A stretch of 58,426 nt of DNA, filler included, from Diploschistes diacapsis (GCA_023645945.1; 4 parts of 4 records of this genome joined end to end with filler, not necessarily neighbours in it), one strand, 5' to 3'. Numbered from the whole stretch's first letter, positions 1-13,336 are shown. Made by a program: numbers and translations. Notes: a model not told the origin generated them from the sequence alone.

Positions 1-93
1 CCTAAACGCTGTATGCAAAGCCCGGGTATCCGATTCCGCCGAAACTGCCTCCGTCCCGCTCGTGCTGCTCCCCAGAACGATGGCCCCTCGGTA

Positions 94-1878
94 TCAGAAA
101 TGCTCCTTCCAGAACCTGAAGCGCACGTCCCTCGTCTGCGCCTCCTCGCACGCCGCCCTGATGTCCCTCGCCGCCAGGTTCGGCCCGCAGAAATACACGC
201 CCACCGTGTTCTTCGTCTGCGGGCTCAGGCCCAGGCCGCGCGTGTAGTCCCCGCTCGCGATGCCCTCCCTCATCGCGCGGAACAGACGGCCGAAGTCGGG
301 CCGGCCGAAGTTGGTGCGGTTGCGCAGCTCCGTCAGCGGGTCCAGGCCCGCGCCCACGCTGTTGAGGATGATGTTGGTCTGCGTGTCCACGTCCATGCGC
401 TGGGTGAGGTAGGTGTGGATGCGCAGGAACTCGCCGCCGGCGCCGGCGCCCTTGGTCGTCGCGGCGGCCTCGGCCGACTGCGCCTCCAGCGACGACAGCA
501 GCGTCTGGAACCACTCGAAGCTGGCCGTGTCCCTGCAGACCCAGATGAACTCGACGCGGCGCAGGCGCGTCGGCGGGTTCGGGCCCGCGCGCATGTGCCA
601 GATGTTCTTCAGGATCGCGGCCCACGGCGTGACGCCGATGCCGGTCCCGATGAGGACGGCGATCTCGTTGTCGAACACGTCCTCGGCCGGCGCGCCGTAG
701 GGCCCGTCGATGCGGATCGCGGGCATCGTCTGGCCCTTCTCCAGCGCGACCTCGTACATGCCCATGGGGTCGAGGGCGTCGTACTCTTCGGCCTGCGCGG
801 GGCCCGCGCCGAGGGCGTCGCCGGCTGCGCGCGTCCAGTCGCCGACTTGGCGCATGTGGATGCTGACGTAGGGGTCGAAGGGGCAGGAGGTGATGGTGAA
901 GGGGTGCCACTGCTGGCGGCTGACGGAGGGGATGTTGATGAAGAGCCACTGGCCGGCCTTGTAGCGCATGCTCGGCTTGCTGAACTGCAGCTCCACCGCG
1001 TCGTACGGGTGGCGGATCACCTTGACGATCTCGGTCTTGCGCCGCGACCGCACCTCGCGCACGATGCGCTCGATCAGGTACAGGCCGCCCGCGAACAGCT
1101 CCCAGCGCCAGCCTTGGTAGCCGATGCAGTGGTTCCAGAAGTCGGCGCCGGCGAAGGGCGAGTATGGGGTCAGGTTGGATCGGGTGTCGCGCACGAAGCA
1201 GCCGGTGGCGTGCGTGTACATGCCGAGCAGGAAGGGGATGAAGAGGTGGTGCGTGTACCAGAAGGTTTCGAAGGATTGCTGCCGGATCTTGGCGTGTGCG
1301 GTCGTGTACATGAGGAGCATGCACAGGAGCATGATGTGGCCCGTGATGCCGCCGGGCTGGGTGTAGTGGATGTCGAGGGCGATTCCGGGCCGGATTTGGG
1401 TTTTCTCGACGTTGAAGAAGCTGGGAGCATGTTAGTGGGTTGGAGAGGGAAGGGCTGTGTTGGCTTACTTGACGTAGTGGGCGGAAACGTGGATGATGGT
1501 GAAGAGAAGCATGGCGTAGGCTACCTGCCGATGGAAAAAGACGTTCTCGTCCAAGGGTAGCCATCGGATCTTCGGTCGAATGAAGCGCAGGATGTTCCGG
1601 CACATGGGAATCAAGATGAGAGTGACATCGAGCGAGAGAACGAGGCCGGCTCCACGAGACATCCATACGGAGAAGGTGAGAGAGTTCAGTCCGGCGAGCG
1701 CTGGATTCGATTCCTGGAGATACCTGAAGATGTTAGCCATTCCCTTGACTTGGCTGGACAAGGCCGCTCACCATCCCAGAGCGAAGGCTCCCCAGTGTGC
1801 TATCCAAAATATCAGGTAAAAGAGGACCTTCGTCCCCGTGAGCTGGCTCTTCAGCCACGACCTTTGTCCCACCGCCAT
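94..1878 (-). CDS. noxA: NADPH oxidase catalytic subunit (gp91phox-like, NoxA/Nox1); 3 exons
   Basis: Spliced translation MAVGQRSWLKSQLTG...W|YLQESNPALAGLNSLTFSVWMSRGAGLVL...HYVN|FFNVEKTQIRP. Motifs HPFTITS (FAD), IDGPYG, GIGVTP, VYFCGP and C-terminal FWKEHF. No N-terminal extension or EF-hands. Introns at about 1724-1771 and 1421-1468 with GT/CTAAC/AG. Confidence 0.95.
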
Positions 1879-3625
1879 AATCTATAGATGTACAGAAACG
1901 CAAAAAGGGTATCCACAATGAATCAAAAAGCTGGAGAGGTCGAGGTCCTGGCCTGCCTGTGCCCGAGAAAGAAAGGGGTCGTTGTCGTTCTTGCCGTCAC
2001 CGTCGAAAAAGAATGTAAAGACCGAAGAAATGTCCAGCAATGCCACGAGGAAGCGTGGCAGGGAGTGCGGAGGGCTTCGGTTTTCTAGGAGTCCAACTCG
2101 GCCCTCGAGCAATGCGGTTCAAACCAGTTCCGGCTCTTTCCAAAACTAATACCACCCTATGGCGGGTGCGTTGCTTTATGGGTGGAATGCAGACTGGGTA
2201 TAGGTGTCTCGAATAAGGTTGTGGGTCGCAATTAAGATCGATGGACAAGACAGTGGAAGGTTCGTGGACTTGGCGCCGTAGTATGAGGCGAGGATGGAAT
2301 GCGGTCTCGTTACTCCTGGCCCACGACAGATCTGAGACAGGGAATGCGTTGGGACGTTCATGCGGGTATTTGGGCAGTTCAATGCGCAGGATTATGGGCC
2401 TAATGTCATGTCTTTCATGCCAGAGGTAAATCAGATGCGGTTTGAGGGTAATCTCAAAGCGAGAACGTGTTTGTGGACAGACTAGTGATCAAGGGCGTTA
2501 TGCGATATTCTTCTTTCATCTATAAGGAGGCGGGACACGAGGGTAGAGGCGGGGATCCCCGGTAGTTTGCAATGCTGTTGATGAGGAATTATTTGAGTCA
2601 ACGGAAAAAACAAATCGCTATCCGCTATCGTCAGAAATCGTTACAAGCAAGGACGTACGTGAGGGAAGCAAAACGAACGTGGGCGGAGAGGATTGTGAAG
2701 GTATCGCCAGAAGTGGGGATTACACTATTAATGGCAGCAAGGCAAGTGGTAGATACAAACGCCGGGGGGCTGGGATTGGTGAGTTGGCCTCTATCTATCA
2801 CTTTTGATTATCGTATAAGGCCATCCACCACCTCGCTTTGATGCGCACACCAGTTTCACGCAGGCTATACACCTCTTTGCAGCGCACTGAATCTCGTGCA
2901 TAATAATCTGCCTCTTCTGTTACCCATTTGTAATTTCGAATCCGTGTATGAACTCCAAATTCGTTGACGTCTCGGTATTTTCTAGAAGGCTTTGAAGCAC
3001 ACCTTAGGATCGAGTCGTTGCGCAAGAAACGAATCGACCTCCTTCGCAGCCAGCCAGCCAGCCAGCCAGCCATAGCATACGAAGTATAAGGAATAGCCAG
3101 ATGGATGGCATCAAGGCTGGTGAGGAAGCAACAATGACGGGGTGCAGGATGATTGATGGATCCCACCGAGTTGTTACACAGTGTTGGTTGGACGCAGTTC
3201 AACAAATGGGCGCACAGGATTCAAGGGGTGATAGTGACAACCGTTCATTCGTAATGCACAGGCGCTGTGCTGTGGGCGTATACTCGGAGCCAGTGAAGGG
3301 GCTTCGGTTGCTACCTGGGCTCAGCTCGGACGTAACAAAGTTGACAGCATTTGGTGGCTACGATCCTCCATGTCTTTAATAATAGATAGCGGTGCAATTG
3401 CATGTCATGCTTCCCTACCTACTAGGAGCCGTATGTCCTGACGCCTGTACTGTACTGTCGCAGCATTAAAACCCAGTCCAGAAGGTAAGTAAGCATAGCT
3501 CACATTGGTGATTACAACCGGCAGGAATTGAGAGGAAGTGTGTGCGTCAACAGTCGCCTTATATCTTCTGAACAAGAGCATGATATCGAGTGAAGCTTGC
3601 CGCCGGAGGTGACTTGAAGGTGAAG

Positions 3626-3628
<3 letters not shown>

Positions 3629-3662
<34 letters not shown>
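3629..3662. repeat. (GA)n microsatellite
   Basis: Perfect AG dinucleotide run in the noxA-noxD intergenic region. Confidence 0.95.
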
Positions 3663-3666
<4 letters not shown>

Positions 3667-3741
3667 GTGATTCGCTACAGGGGTCGGTTGATGCTCTGGC
3701 CAATGAGAGACAGTCTACAAGTCTACAATGGAGAGAATGCA

Positions 3742-3841
3742 TGAATTATGAATTATGAATTATGAATTGGCCTGAAAGTTGTAGCTGTAACCGCCCGAGC
3801 TAGAGGAAGCTAGAGGAAGCTAGAGGAAGCTAGAGCAAGCT
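3742..3841. repeat. Short tandem repeats (TGAATTA)x~4 and (AGCTAGAGGA)x~4
   Basis: Seen directly: tgaattatgaattatgaattatgaatt and agctagaggaagctagaggaagctagaggaagctagagcaagct. Confidence 0.9.
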
Positions 3842-4787
3842 CGCGTTAGCCCGGATATATATTATATTATATAGCCAATCATGGGCACTTCGCTAAGGAA
3901 TGAAGGGCTAAATAGTGCAAATCTGTGTAAAATTCCGTGCTAATCCGTGCTAATCCGTGCTAATGCCCAGCAGAAAATAATCCCCCACCTCACCCCCGTT
4001 AAGATCAGGCTAAGCCCCATCAAGGTTAGTCCCTGGTCCTACTGCTCCCCATCCTCATACACACAATGCAGCAATGCTCCATTCTTACTATCAATGCCGC
4101 ATTTGCATACCCGCAAAGCAAATGTGTGTGCTCGCCCGAAAGGGTCCCCCCTCCACCCACCTTGGTTGGACCAATGATCCAGGAAGCAGGAACCCTCATG
4201 GTCGAGAGGCTTGCCCAAAGCATGGCTTCTGCTTCTGCTTCACAAGAGGCATTAACCCATACTCCTTCTCTTTTCCTTAGCATTACACCTGCGACGAACT
4301 CCCACACGACCCATCCGAACCATTATCACCTAAGAAAGACATCCCTTCCCAACCTGAGACCTCGTCATCTGCTTCATCAAGCACCCGCTCACAGACAGCT
4401 TGGCCGTCTCATGCGCAACAGTTCCTGAAGTATCATCTCAGCCTCCCGTCCAACCCGAGAAGAAGTACATTCAAGCACCAAGCACCAAGCACCAAGCACC
4501 AAGCATACTTATCACCCAGGCCTGCCTCATCATCCCAGGTCCTCCCTCTTCTACCTCGTCCTCTTCCACGACCAACCCACTCGGCCCCTCAACATTCCTG
4601 AGGCTTGCTTGCGAGCCCAAGACATTCTTTTGTCCGACGCCCCGCTTGGTGCATTCCTCTCCTTCAACGCATTCGGTCTTGGAAGACGTAGCCGGTTCTA
4701 CATACGTTATATCGCCGTGGTGCCCATCGACGTTTTGATCGCCCCAAAAGAGCAAGACTCTTCACACCGCACACCCGTCTCTTCGAA

Positions 4788-5372
4788 ATGGGGAAGCTAG
4801 TCAAGAATCACTGGGCGCGCCTCATCGTCCTGACAGCTGCAGCCTGTAAGTTGGCACCGCACCCATTTCCATGATTCTACGTCCTGTGTCGCCCGTACCT
4901 CCTTCCCACGTCACACAGAGCTGACAAGGCTCGTTACAGACCAATTCGAAGCCGCGATAGAAGGCTTCTTCTGGCCCAAGATCTTCTGGGACTTTCTGAC
5001 AAAAACCCTCGACCCGGCTGTCAAGCCCGCGCCCATCCTTCAGATCTTCAATCTGCTGTTCGGCATCATCGGTCTCTGCCTCGAATGGCCCCTGCCTCTG
5101 CTCTCGGGGACCATGATCCACAGGAGCATCGAGGCGAGGCTGGTAGTCTACCCGTTGTTTGCGCTGGCGGCCTTGTTGCTCTACCAGGGAACGAATGCAG
5201 GCTTGTATTATCTGATAGGCATGGGGGTTTACTTTTGGGCGTTTGCGGAGGGAGAGGTAAGCTTCACCCTGCGTTAGCCGCTGGAAGGGTAAATCGCTAA
5301 TGATTCGCACAGACTGTCTGTCCGGTACCGTGGACACTGCCGAGACGGAACACCTCGCCCTCGAAGGCATAG
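4788..5372 (+). CDS. noxD: NoxD/Pro41 (p22phox-like Nox partner); 3 exons, not resolved in the ORF track
   Basis: Exons 4788-4845, 4940-5256, 5313-5372 give MGKLVKNHWARLIVLTAAAY|QFEAAIEGFFWPKIFWDFLTKTLDPAVKPAPILQIFNL...EWPL...HRSIEARL...LYQGTNAGLYYLIGMGVYFWAFAEGE|TVCPVPWTLPRRNTSPSKA*. This matches my recollection of the Pro41/NoxD/HAM-6 sequence. Splice sites are canonical. Confidence 0.92.
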
Positions 5373-7126
5373 TCTTCCATTCACTTCTTCCTACAGTTTC
5401 CTTGTCCTAGCGATATCACAGTAGCCCGTATTCGGCATCTACAGCGTCGTATTGGAGTTGGCTGGGGGTTCACGACCCGTTCGCCATTTGGGCGAGGGGT
5501 ATTCTACAGTATGGCAGAGGGATGTGCTTTTTGATTTCCATCGTCTGTATATTTGGCCAGGCTACGAGTATATTGAAAACTCGCAATCAGTTGAGGAGGA
5601 TCGGGGGCAGAACGGAGAGGGTGCAAGCTCTACACCTAGGGTCAGGCAGCGAAGGCTTCGTCCAGAGCTCGCCGAGCCCGTCGAGCCCGCAGTTACAAAC
5701 CCAGCAAGCTCGAATCAACCTCAGCCCGAACCTGTCTCCCCTATCTCCATGCCGCCACAGCGATTGCGCATGAATTCCTCACCCATTTGCCACGACCCTT
5801 GCATAACCCGCTTCAAGGCGACCTCCCCTCGAACTCCCCTAGATTTTTCTACCCAGAGCGACATTAGCCGTACGATGTAGCTTCCACATCTCCCCTTCCC
5901 GGAAGCCCTTGAATGCACCCCCGGTCTTTCCAAGAGCCCCAAATGCACACACCCACAGCCCGAGATGGGGTTGAGATCCACAACAAAAGACGAGGGCACC
6001 CAGCATAACTCCCCGCCGCACCTTTTCCAATTTAGCTTGATACCCCCATACCATCTACATCACGACCAGGCACTAGGGGGGCGTTTCGAGCAGCCGAACA
6101 TTTGTTTTGTACACAGCAAGGGTGCATCAAGATCAATGCTTCAATGCGCATGAACCAAAACCATTTCCTCCGCCTTCCCGGGGTGGAGGGGGTTTCCCGG
6201 GTACCCCGGTGGTATACCCAACTTACGTAGAAGAAGAAGAAAAAGGAAGAAGAAGAAGAAAAGTATTGCAGGGGTGTAGCAGCAGCAGCAGAAAAAAGGG
6301 TATCTAGTAGGCCTTTTCTTTTACTCGGTTCCGAGATTTTCCATTTGGTTTTGTTTGTTACGTGGCTGCTTTTTCTTTCTTTTGTTTTTTTTTTTACCTT
6401 TGTCGTCGTCTTTGAAAGTTGGCTTGGGATGGGATGATACAACACAAACAAAAGTAAAAACATGCCCCCCGGTATGATTTATTTACCTTACCTTAAGCTA
6501 TTTTTTCGCTGGTGCTCAAACGCTCAAATAAATACGTTTGAGCCTGAACCCCCCCAGGGGGGGGAAGGGGGAGACAGAAAAACATGGCAACAAGCTGCAG
6601 GCGGGGCCGGGGGGGCTTGCTGGGTGCTGCTGCTGAGGGCGGATATACCTGCACGGAAAAATAGACATACAAAGTATCTAGATATACCAGACCAAAGAAA
6701 AAAGAAATAATTTGCTTGGGGGATTGATTGATTGATTGGGAAAAGCAGCACGGTAATCGGATCTCGGAGTTATGGTGTTGTTGTGACTTCGTAGCCCTGC
6801 ACCCTGCACTGCCTGCTGGCTCGAAGAAAGTGCCATGCTTTCCCACAGAGATCATGGGTTCGTATGGGGCACGCATGGCGTGAAGTGAGATACGTACAAT
6901 ACAACGCAAAAAGAAAGGAGAGCCGGGTCTGGTCCGCTTCGACGGCCAATTGCTGATTGCTTTGCTTTGCTTTGCTTGTTTGCTTGCTTGCTGCTTTGCT
7001 GCTTGCTGTCGATGAATAACATAAACATATCCATATCCGCGCCCCGTAACCAAGACCACGAACATCGCCTCGCCTCACCTCCCCGTCTCCCTTCCACTCT
7101 CCGCTCACCCACCCGGCACCACACGC

Positions 7127-8621
7127 TCAATGCGTAAGCAAGTACTCCACAGCCCCCTGCACGCTCCCCCCGCTCCTCCTCAGCGCCTCCACGTTCCTCT
7201 CAAACTGGTAGAACCCCATATCGTTCAGCTGCCGCAGCTGCTCCGCGTACCTCTCCTCGGGCGGCCTGCTGTCGGGCGGGTTCTGCGCCGGCGCCGCGCC
7301 GCCGAAGCCGCCCATGCCGAAGGCGTTGAAGAGGTTGGCGAATGGGTTTTGCTGTTGCTGCTGCTGGCCTTGTTGCGGGTTTTGCGGGTTTTGCGCGTCG
7401 GTCGAAGTAGGGTTGGGGTTGGCGGCGCCTTGGCCATAGGCGGATAGGAGCTGCGAGAGCAGCTGGGGGTTCTGGAGGAGGGGGTTGGCGTAGGAAAAAG
7501 GGTTTTGCTGTTGTTGTCCCTGCTGCGGAGGAGATTGCGTTTGTGATTGGGCGGTGCCTTGCTGCTGGCCACCAGCGGCGGTCTGTTCTGTGGCCGTGGC
7601 CTCGCCCGCTGACGCGGCGGCTGGTGGTGTTTGTCCAGGAAGATTACCGAACATGCTCGGGTTGAAGAGAGCAGCGAACGGGTTGCCGGCTTGGCCTTGC
7701 CCTTGACCTTGCTGCGGATTCATGCCTTGGCCGAACATGCCGTAAGGGTTGAAGGCTGGCGGCTGGCGCTGCTGCTGCTGCTGAGCGCCACCCTGCTGTG
7801 CCTGCCGGTTGCCTTGGTCTCCTCCTGGTGTGGTATCTGTTTGGCCAGGTGCCGGAAAAGCTTCGTTCCCGGCTCCCCCGAGACCCATGCTGCCGCCTCC
7901 AAACATGCGCTGCATCTGCATCATGTCTCGTAATCGCTCTGGGTCGGTCATCATGCGGCGGAACTCGGGTGTCTGCATCATCTGACGCACCTGCGGACCC
8001 ATTTCGCGCAATACCGGGTTTTGTTGGATCATGGTGTCGATTAGTTGAGGATTCGAGAGGGCTTCGTTGAGAGTTGATGCGAACTGAGGGTTTTGCAGCA
8101 TTCTTATCATATCTTCGGGATCTGGTGGAGGGCCCATCTGGTAACATTGTCAGTCAGTTCAGAAGGCTGATCTGGACGATGAGGAGACGCACGCCACCGT
8201 CAGGGCCGAACATATCCTGACTGGGTAATTGAGCAAATCCAGCATATCGCGCACCGGTCAGCCCCGCTAGAGGGTTGTTGCCTGTTCCCGCGCTCAGGTT
8301 GGCTGGCATGCTGGGTACCGCAGCGGCGCCTTCGTTTGTGGGCTGTTGACGCTGATTGCTCGCGGCACTTCTCACGAGGTGCACTGTATTCCCCTCCTTG
8401 ATCTTGTAGCTGGCTAGAGTATCTGGATCCTTCAACACACGGCCAGAGTAGATCAGCCGCTGGCGCTCTACAGGTAGGTCTGCGTAATCTTTGGCCGAGA
8501 GCTTCTCCTTGAGAGCTGACACTGTTGAAGACGCAGCCATTGTGATGGTGTATTTGGCATCGTTGGAGGATTTGATCTGAAAGGTCATGGGAGCATCGTC
8601 GCCAACGCTGTCGTCAGTCAT
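7127..8621 (-). CDS. DSK2: Ubiquilin (UBL-STI1-UBA) proteasome shuttle factor; 2 exons
   Basis: N-terminal UBL (QRLIYSGRVLKD...TVHLV), STI1-like M/Q/P-rich region, C-terminal UBA (PEERYAEQLRQLNDMGF...ALRRSGGSVQGAVEYLL). Intron at about 8138-8190. Confidence 0.93.
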
Positions 8622-10361
8622 TTCGGCTGCAGGCACTCGCTGTTGCGATTAGCAGAGAGGTGTTGCTGCAGACCGGCTAGTTATGGAGAAAAGAGATATT
8701 TGTGCGATGGGGCTGCTCGATACAGTTGTTACATGTGCTTATCGCCGTACTGGATAGAGGTGAGAAGTCGGCCGAAGTTGCCGTTTAGAAATCACGGTGC
8801 CCATCAGATGACGTTGTTACCTTGAGCAACCGGGAAGGTGTGTTATAAGAATTGCATTATGCTGTAGACTACGGCACACTATTATATATCCAGATCATTT
8901 TGTTGAACTCGACTGCCGGCTTCGGTTTTCCGATTCCATTGACTTCTACCTTATCCATTTGTCTCGAAAACGGGTGCATAATTTACCTTTACTTTAGTCG
9001 GTAAATCCAAAGCAGATGTTCTAGATACATCGTAGAGGTCTAAAAATGATAGTTCTATGCTCAAGTATTATGTTGGCAACTAGAACGAAGACATTCCGAC
9101 CACCAATTGCGCTCCTGTTCAGACCATCAAAAATCCCCCATTCTGAATCCTGACGCCTGTATTCGGTATGTGTGAGTTGCTGAATGTCGCCTAGTATAGG
9201 TCACGCATGAACTTACTACGCTTCTCTCTGCTCCAAAAGATTAGTACTTCTAAGTCAGTGGAATCTAACGCCCAGGTCGCTGCATGAAGCCCCTCTTCAA
9301 TCTTGAACATGCTCTTCCTTAGCAGGCCACCATCGACAACCCATCCAAGGTTGTATACTTGCTGACTTTCAGCTGGCCTGGCCCGGTACTTGTTGTATAG
9401 ACAAACTCATGCACATGCTTCCGGTTGGCACGTCGATAGGAACTATATTTTGAGATGCGTGCGGCTCGGCTCTGAACTTACATACCCCGTTCCACCTTAG
9501 GGAAACTGACATATAAGCATAGTAATCACCACCGTAGCGCATCAGCCTTCCTACGTCGGAAAGTAGGTTACCTTGACCACTTTGCCAATGACGGTGCTTC
9601 TTGAGGCAGCTCACGTAAACACCAGCCGCCAAGGAGCGCAAGGAACATGCCTCTTCAATCGCTGAAGCCTATGAGGATCCCTTTGCTATAGCGAGTCGTC
9701 CCATTCTCCGGAGATTCTTCTTCAAAGCCAGGTATGCTCACCCATACAGTGAATATTACGTTGCAAGAAGCGAGTCCTCAGTGATGTTCGAGAAGAGACA
9801 CTTTGAATCGTATATTCAACTGGTCCTAACTTCGTCAGAGCCCGGTATTCCGATTTGCGAGAGCGTTGTGGTCTGGCTGGCATATCCGAAATGTTGCTTT
9901 TCTTTACCCAAATCAGCATCGGCTATATATCCATTTCGTGCCAACAAGCTGGAACCAGCAAAGTGAACCTTGTAGAGCATGCTACTACTGCCTCCCAATC
10001 TTTTCGCTGTAAAGAAGCAAATAGCTCAAGGGTGCGTAGTAGGGGATGTTGGCAGACGTGAGTCACTCAGGTCGATGGCTGCACCACCGGCGGCCATTTC
10101 GGGTGTTTACAGACACCAGAGCTTGAATCTGGCATGGTATGCATTCTGAAATATGCGGAGTGCGGACTTGCGGACACGTTGGGTTCCGGTCGGGTAAGCC
10201 GTATAAATTCCCCGAACAAGTCCACTACATATCAATAGCAACCATGTCGCATTCTCAGCAGTTAAACGAACAGTTATCCACAGTTTCTTTTAGATTCTTC
10301 AGACACCACTGCTCTAACTACCATCGCTGGACAGATTCCTAGTATATATATACATTCCACG

Positions 10362-10907
10362 ATGTTAGGCGCCATCTTCCCACATGCAGAGTATGCAGAA
10401 GATCAGCTACGCTACAAAACAATCCTCACCGCCCATGTCGGCTACCGCGGTTTCCAGCTGGGAGCCATCCTAGGCGCCGCTACGGGCGTGGGCCGCGCCA
10501 TTCTCCTTCGCCGGAAATCAATACCAACCCCCATCCTTCGAATCGTCGTCTTGAATTCGATCGGCGTCGGCAGTGTGATCGGCTTGGGTTTGGTCTCGGC
10601 TTTTGTTCACGTGAGCATGATCAGGCGAGAGAAGATCGAGTGGCAGGACCGAAGTTGGAGGTTGCTGGCAAACAAGCCCCAGGAGGAAGTCGATAATTGG
10701 ACCGTAGCAGGCTCGATTGTCGGAGCTACAGCATTCGCTATTCGTGGTGGTCGCTCGGCTGGATGGAAACCGGTGATGGGTGCTGCTGCTGTTGGGAATC
10801 TGACGGCACTTGGCGCTTTGATGGTGTGGAGGATGGTAGTCAGGAAAGATCCGCAAGAGAACATCAGACCATCTGGTCCAGTCGGGATCCCGAAAGCGGT
10901 GTCTTGA
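10362..10907 (+). CDS. Small hydrophobic (membrane) protein of unknown function
   Basis: Intact 181-aa ATG ORF with several Gly/Ala-rich hydrophobic segments and fungal-type motifs FPHAEYAEDQ and IEWQDRSWRLL. A TATATATA tract lies just upstream. Confidence 0.75.
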   Translation: MLGAIFPHAEYAEDQLRYKTILTAHVGYRGFQLGAILGAATGVGRAILLRRKSIPTPILRIVVLNSIGVGSVIGLGLVSAFVHVSMIRREKIEWQDRSWRLLANKPQEEVDNWTVAGSIVGATAFAIRGGRSAGWKPVMGAAAVGNLTALGALMVWRMVVRKDPQENIRPSGPVGIPKAVS

Positions 10908-10971
10908 GCCTGAATGGTGGGATGCAAACAAGTCCAACGGCTCAAACTCGTCGAAGAAGCCGATTCGAATG

Positions 10972-13336
10972 TCAAGGACCAAACCCTAGCCCTGAGTCTG
11001 GTAAGAACTGTGCATCAGGATGGTTCGCATATACGGGGTTTCCCGAGTTCACCAATTCAAAATTGCTTGCCAAGAGCATATCTCGGCCTGGAAAATACTG
11101 GTTCTCGGCGTCTATGGTTGTCTGGATAAAGCTCTCCCAATCCTCCCAGTTCACTGATGCTCCAAAGTCTTCTGAATGCATATTAGATAGGTCAGAAGTT
11201 TGCACCACTCGAGGGAATTGTTGTTGTTGTTCTTCCCGTAGGAGGGCCTCCAGCTCCTCAGGCCTACCGAGTGCTTGTGAAACAGAGGCATAGTGTAGTC
11301 TTTTAAAGTCAGTACATTGCGTTTCTGCTCCGCCTCCTAGGGTGCCAATCATAGTCCAGTCTTGTAGGATTTGGTTTTCGAGCTCGGGCGAGAACTGACT
11401 AGATTGATTACTCAGTCGCGCTGTCTTTGCTTTATCTAGCAACTTCTTCATCGGCCGCCAGAAGCTGCTGGCTTTGGAGTCCGCAACACGATTGGCCCAG
11501 AGCTCGTAGGTCTTGTTGATGATCATCCAACCACGGTCGGCAAGCAAGCCGCGGGTTTGGATGCATAACTCAGCTAAGATGACGGCCATGGGGTACCATG
11601 GCACATAAGCCATGTAATACCACACCCAGGGCGCGCTCTCCGGAAAATTCTCCAACCCATAAACAAGTTCGAGCAAGGACACCGCAGCAGCTAAGACGAA
11701 CTCTCGTCTAGCTGGTTTCGTAGTCTGGGCTCGAAGAGTATACATGGGCCGCTGAGTTACTAGCCATATCCTCAAAATTATGATTCGGCCAATCTCAGCA
11801 GAAATCCTGAGGATCGGCACAGATAAGTCGCAATGGTCGATGTACTTGGTCTGGAGTTCCTGGAGGCGCGCCTGGATCACCTTTTCCCTTGCTTCTACAG
11901 AAGCTTCGGTCTCCTCCAATATAGATTTTTTCCGTGGATTCATAGCAGTGTATAACTGCATGATCACTGAAGCACTTTGGGAAAGTAACGAACATGTCAT
12001 TTCGGTACCCTTCTCTTGCGCTTGGCCGATGATACCGGCTACAGGGCTGAGCTGCTCGTCATAAATATTAGATGGCTGCTGAGTATCAAACGAATTTTCG
12101 GGAATTATAGGTGGTGTACCACGAATTTCCGAGAAGGCTCCATCGAGAACGATGAGCTGCCAGAACAGGCGCCGTCGCATCTCTACTTCAAAAGGTGGTA
12201 AGTTCATCAAACTGCCGTCAGTAAACAATTCCAAGGACTGGGCCATTCTGCAAGCAATGGCGAACAGAGTCCAAGGTTTTCGATCTTCTTGATAGCCTCT
12301 CATGCTCGTCTGGAGAATGGTCAGAGTGAATAACATCGCCTAATCGAGGTTCAAGACGTACTAAGTAGATAACAAGTGCTTGGAGAACTGTTATATCGTC
12401 CGTATCTAGATAATTCGCATTTGGTAGTGCTGCTTCGATGCCCGATCGGTAACGCTGCACTAGAATACTCTTGTTCTGTCCGAAATGATTGATGCAATCT
12501 TGATCAGAGACTGTAGTAATCGCAGCAAAATATATAGCGAAGAGTAGGGCTTCTTGCCCTCGGGTAATACATTTCTTGTCACGAGTGGCAGAATAAAGAA
12601 AAGCAAGAGTAGAGGGTCTGTGCAAGACTTTGAACACCGGGTCGAATCGAGAAAAGAAGATGTTACCCATTGCAATCATTTGCGCAGTAGGAGGATGCAA
12701 CGTAAGGAGATCTAGTCTTTGGTTGGGATCATAGAACAATTGGGGGCCTGGAGAGCCTTGCTCGCCGGTCAGAATACGAGACGACTTTGATTCGCTTTCA
12801 TCCTCGTCGGACGACGCCTCGTTAAGAAGCTGTCTCAAACCATCGACCTGCGGCCAGAGTCAGGCGCCACAAAGGCTGATCAAGTAGGAGAAGACCTACT
12901 TCTCCGCTCAGGCTTGACCAGAAGTCGCTGCTCAGGTAGCGTCTCCCGTCAGTTTTGGAGATGGGCTGGTACTCTTTGACCTGCAAATTCTGGAGCCCCC
13001 TTTCGATGCCCGAATCGCTGGACCTGGCAATGCTTTCGGGAGAACTCGCTTGGGCTGGTTGTTTTTCGAAAGTGTTAGGGTCATAGCCAATGCTGTTCAC
13101 AAGCTTCTCCAGGCGGCTCAAACGTGAGGTGATCTCTGCGTTGCGGGCTTTAGGTTGGCGAACAGGTTGTGGAAATATCTGTGAGTGTGAGTATTGCCTG
13201 AGTTGGAAGTTCACAATATATGATCCCATACACATTCATGACCGGACTTTTGGCAGTTGCTGCACGGTTGTACTCTGTCACATTTGATCTTTCGATGCCG
13301 GCAGCTCTTACAACTTAGTCTAAATGTTTGAGACAT
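10972..13336 (-). CDS. Zn(II)2Cys6 transcription factor with fungal-specific TF domain; multi-exon
   Basis: [35 protein letters not shown] binuclear cluster, coiled coil ([10 protein letters not shown]), [31 protein letters not shown] and [14 protein letters not shown] motifs. Three GT-AG introns inferred. Confidence 0.9.

Noticed and set aside
2..1666. Long 554-aa (-) and 515-aa (+) ORFs overlapping noxA
   Set aside because: Off-frame and antisense shadows of a very GC3-rich coding exon. Arg/Pro/His-rich and without motifs.
4822..5370. 182-aa minus-strand ORF
   Set aside because: Antisense to the spliced noxD gene.
5452..5880. 142-aa ORF downstream of noxD
   Set aside because: Non-ATG start and no recognisable motifs. 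Likely 3' UTR or intergenic.
6150..7065. G/C homopolymer runs, GAA and TTGC repeats and short ORFs
   Set aside because: Low-complexity sequence between convergent genes. No coherent ncRNA fold or coding signal could be supported.
9000..10135. Coding-like composition with fragments such as KRLGGSSS, suggesting a GMC oxidoreductase relic
   Set aside because: No other family motifs found in any frame. May be a decayed gene but cannot be assigned without a translated search.
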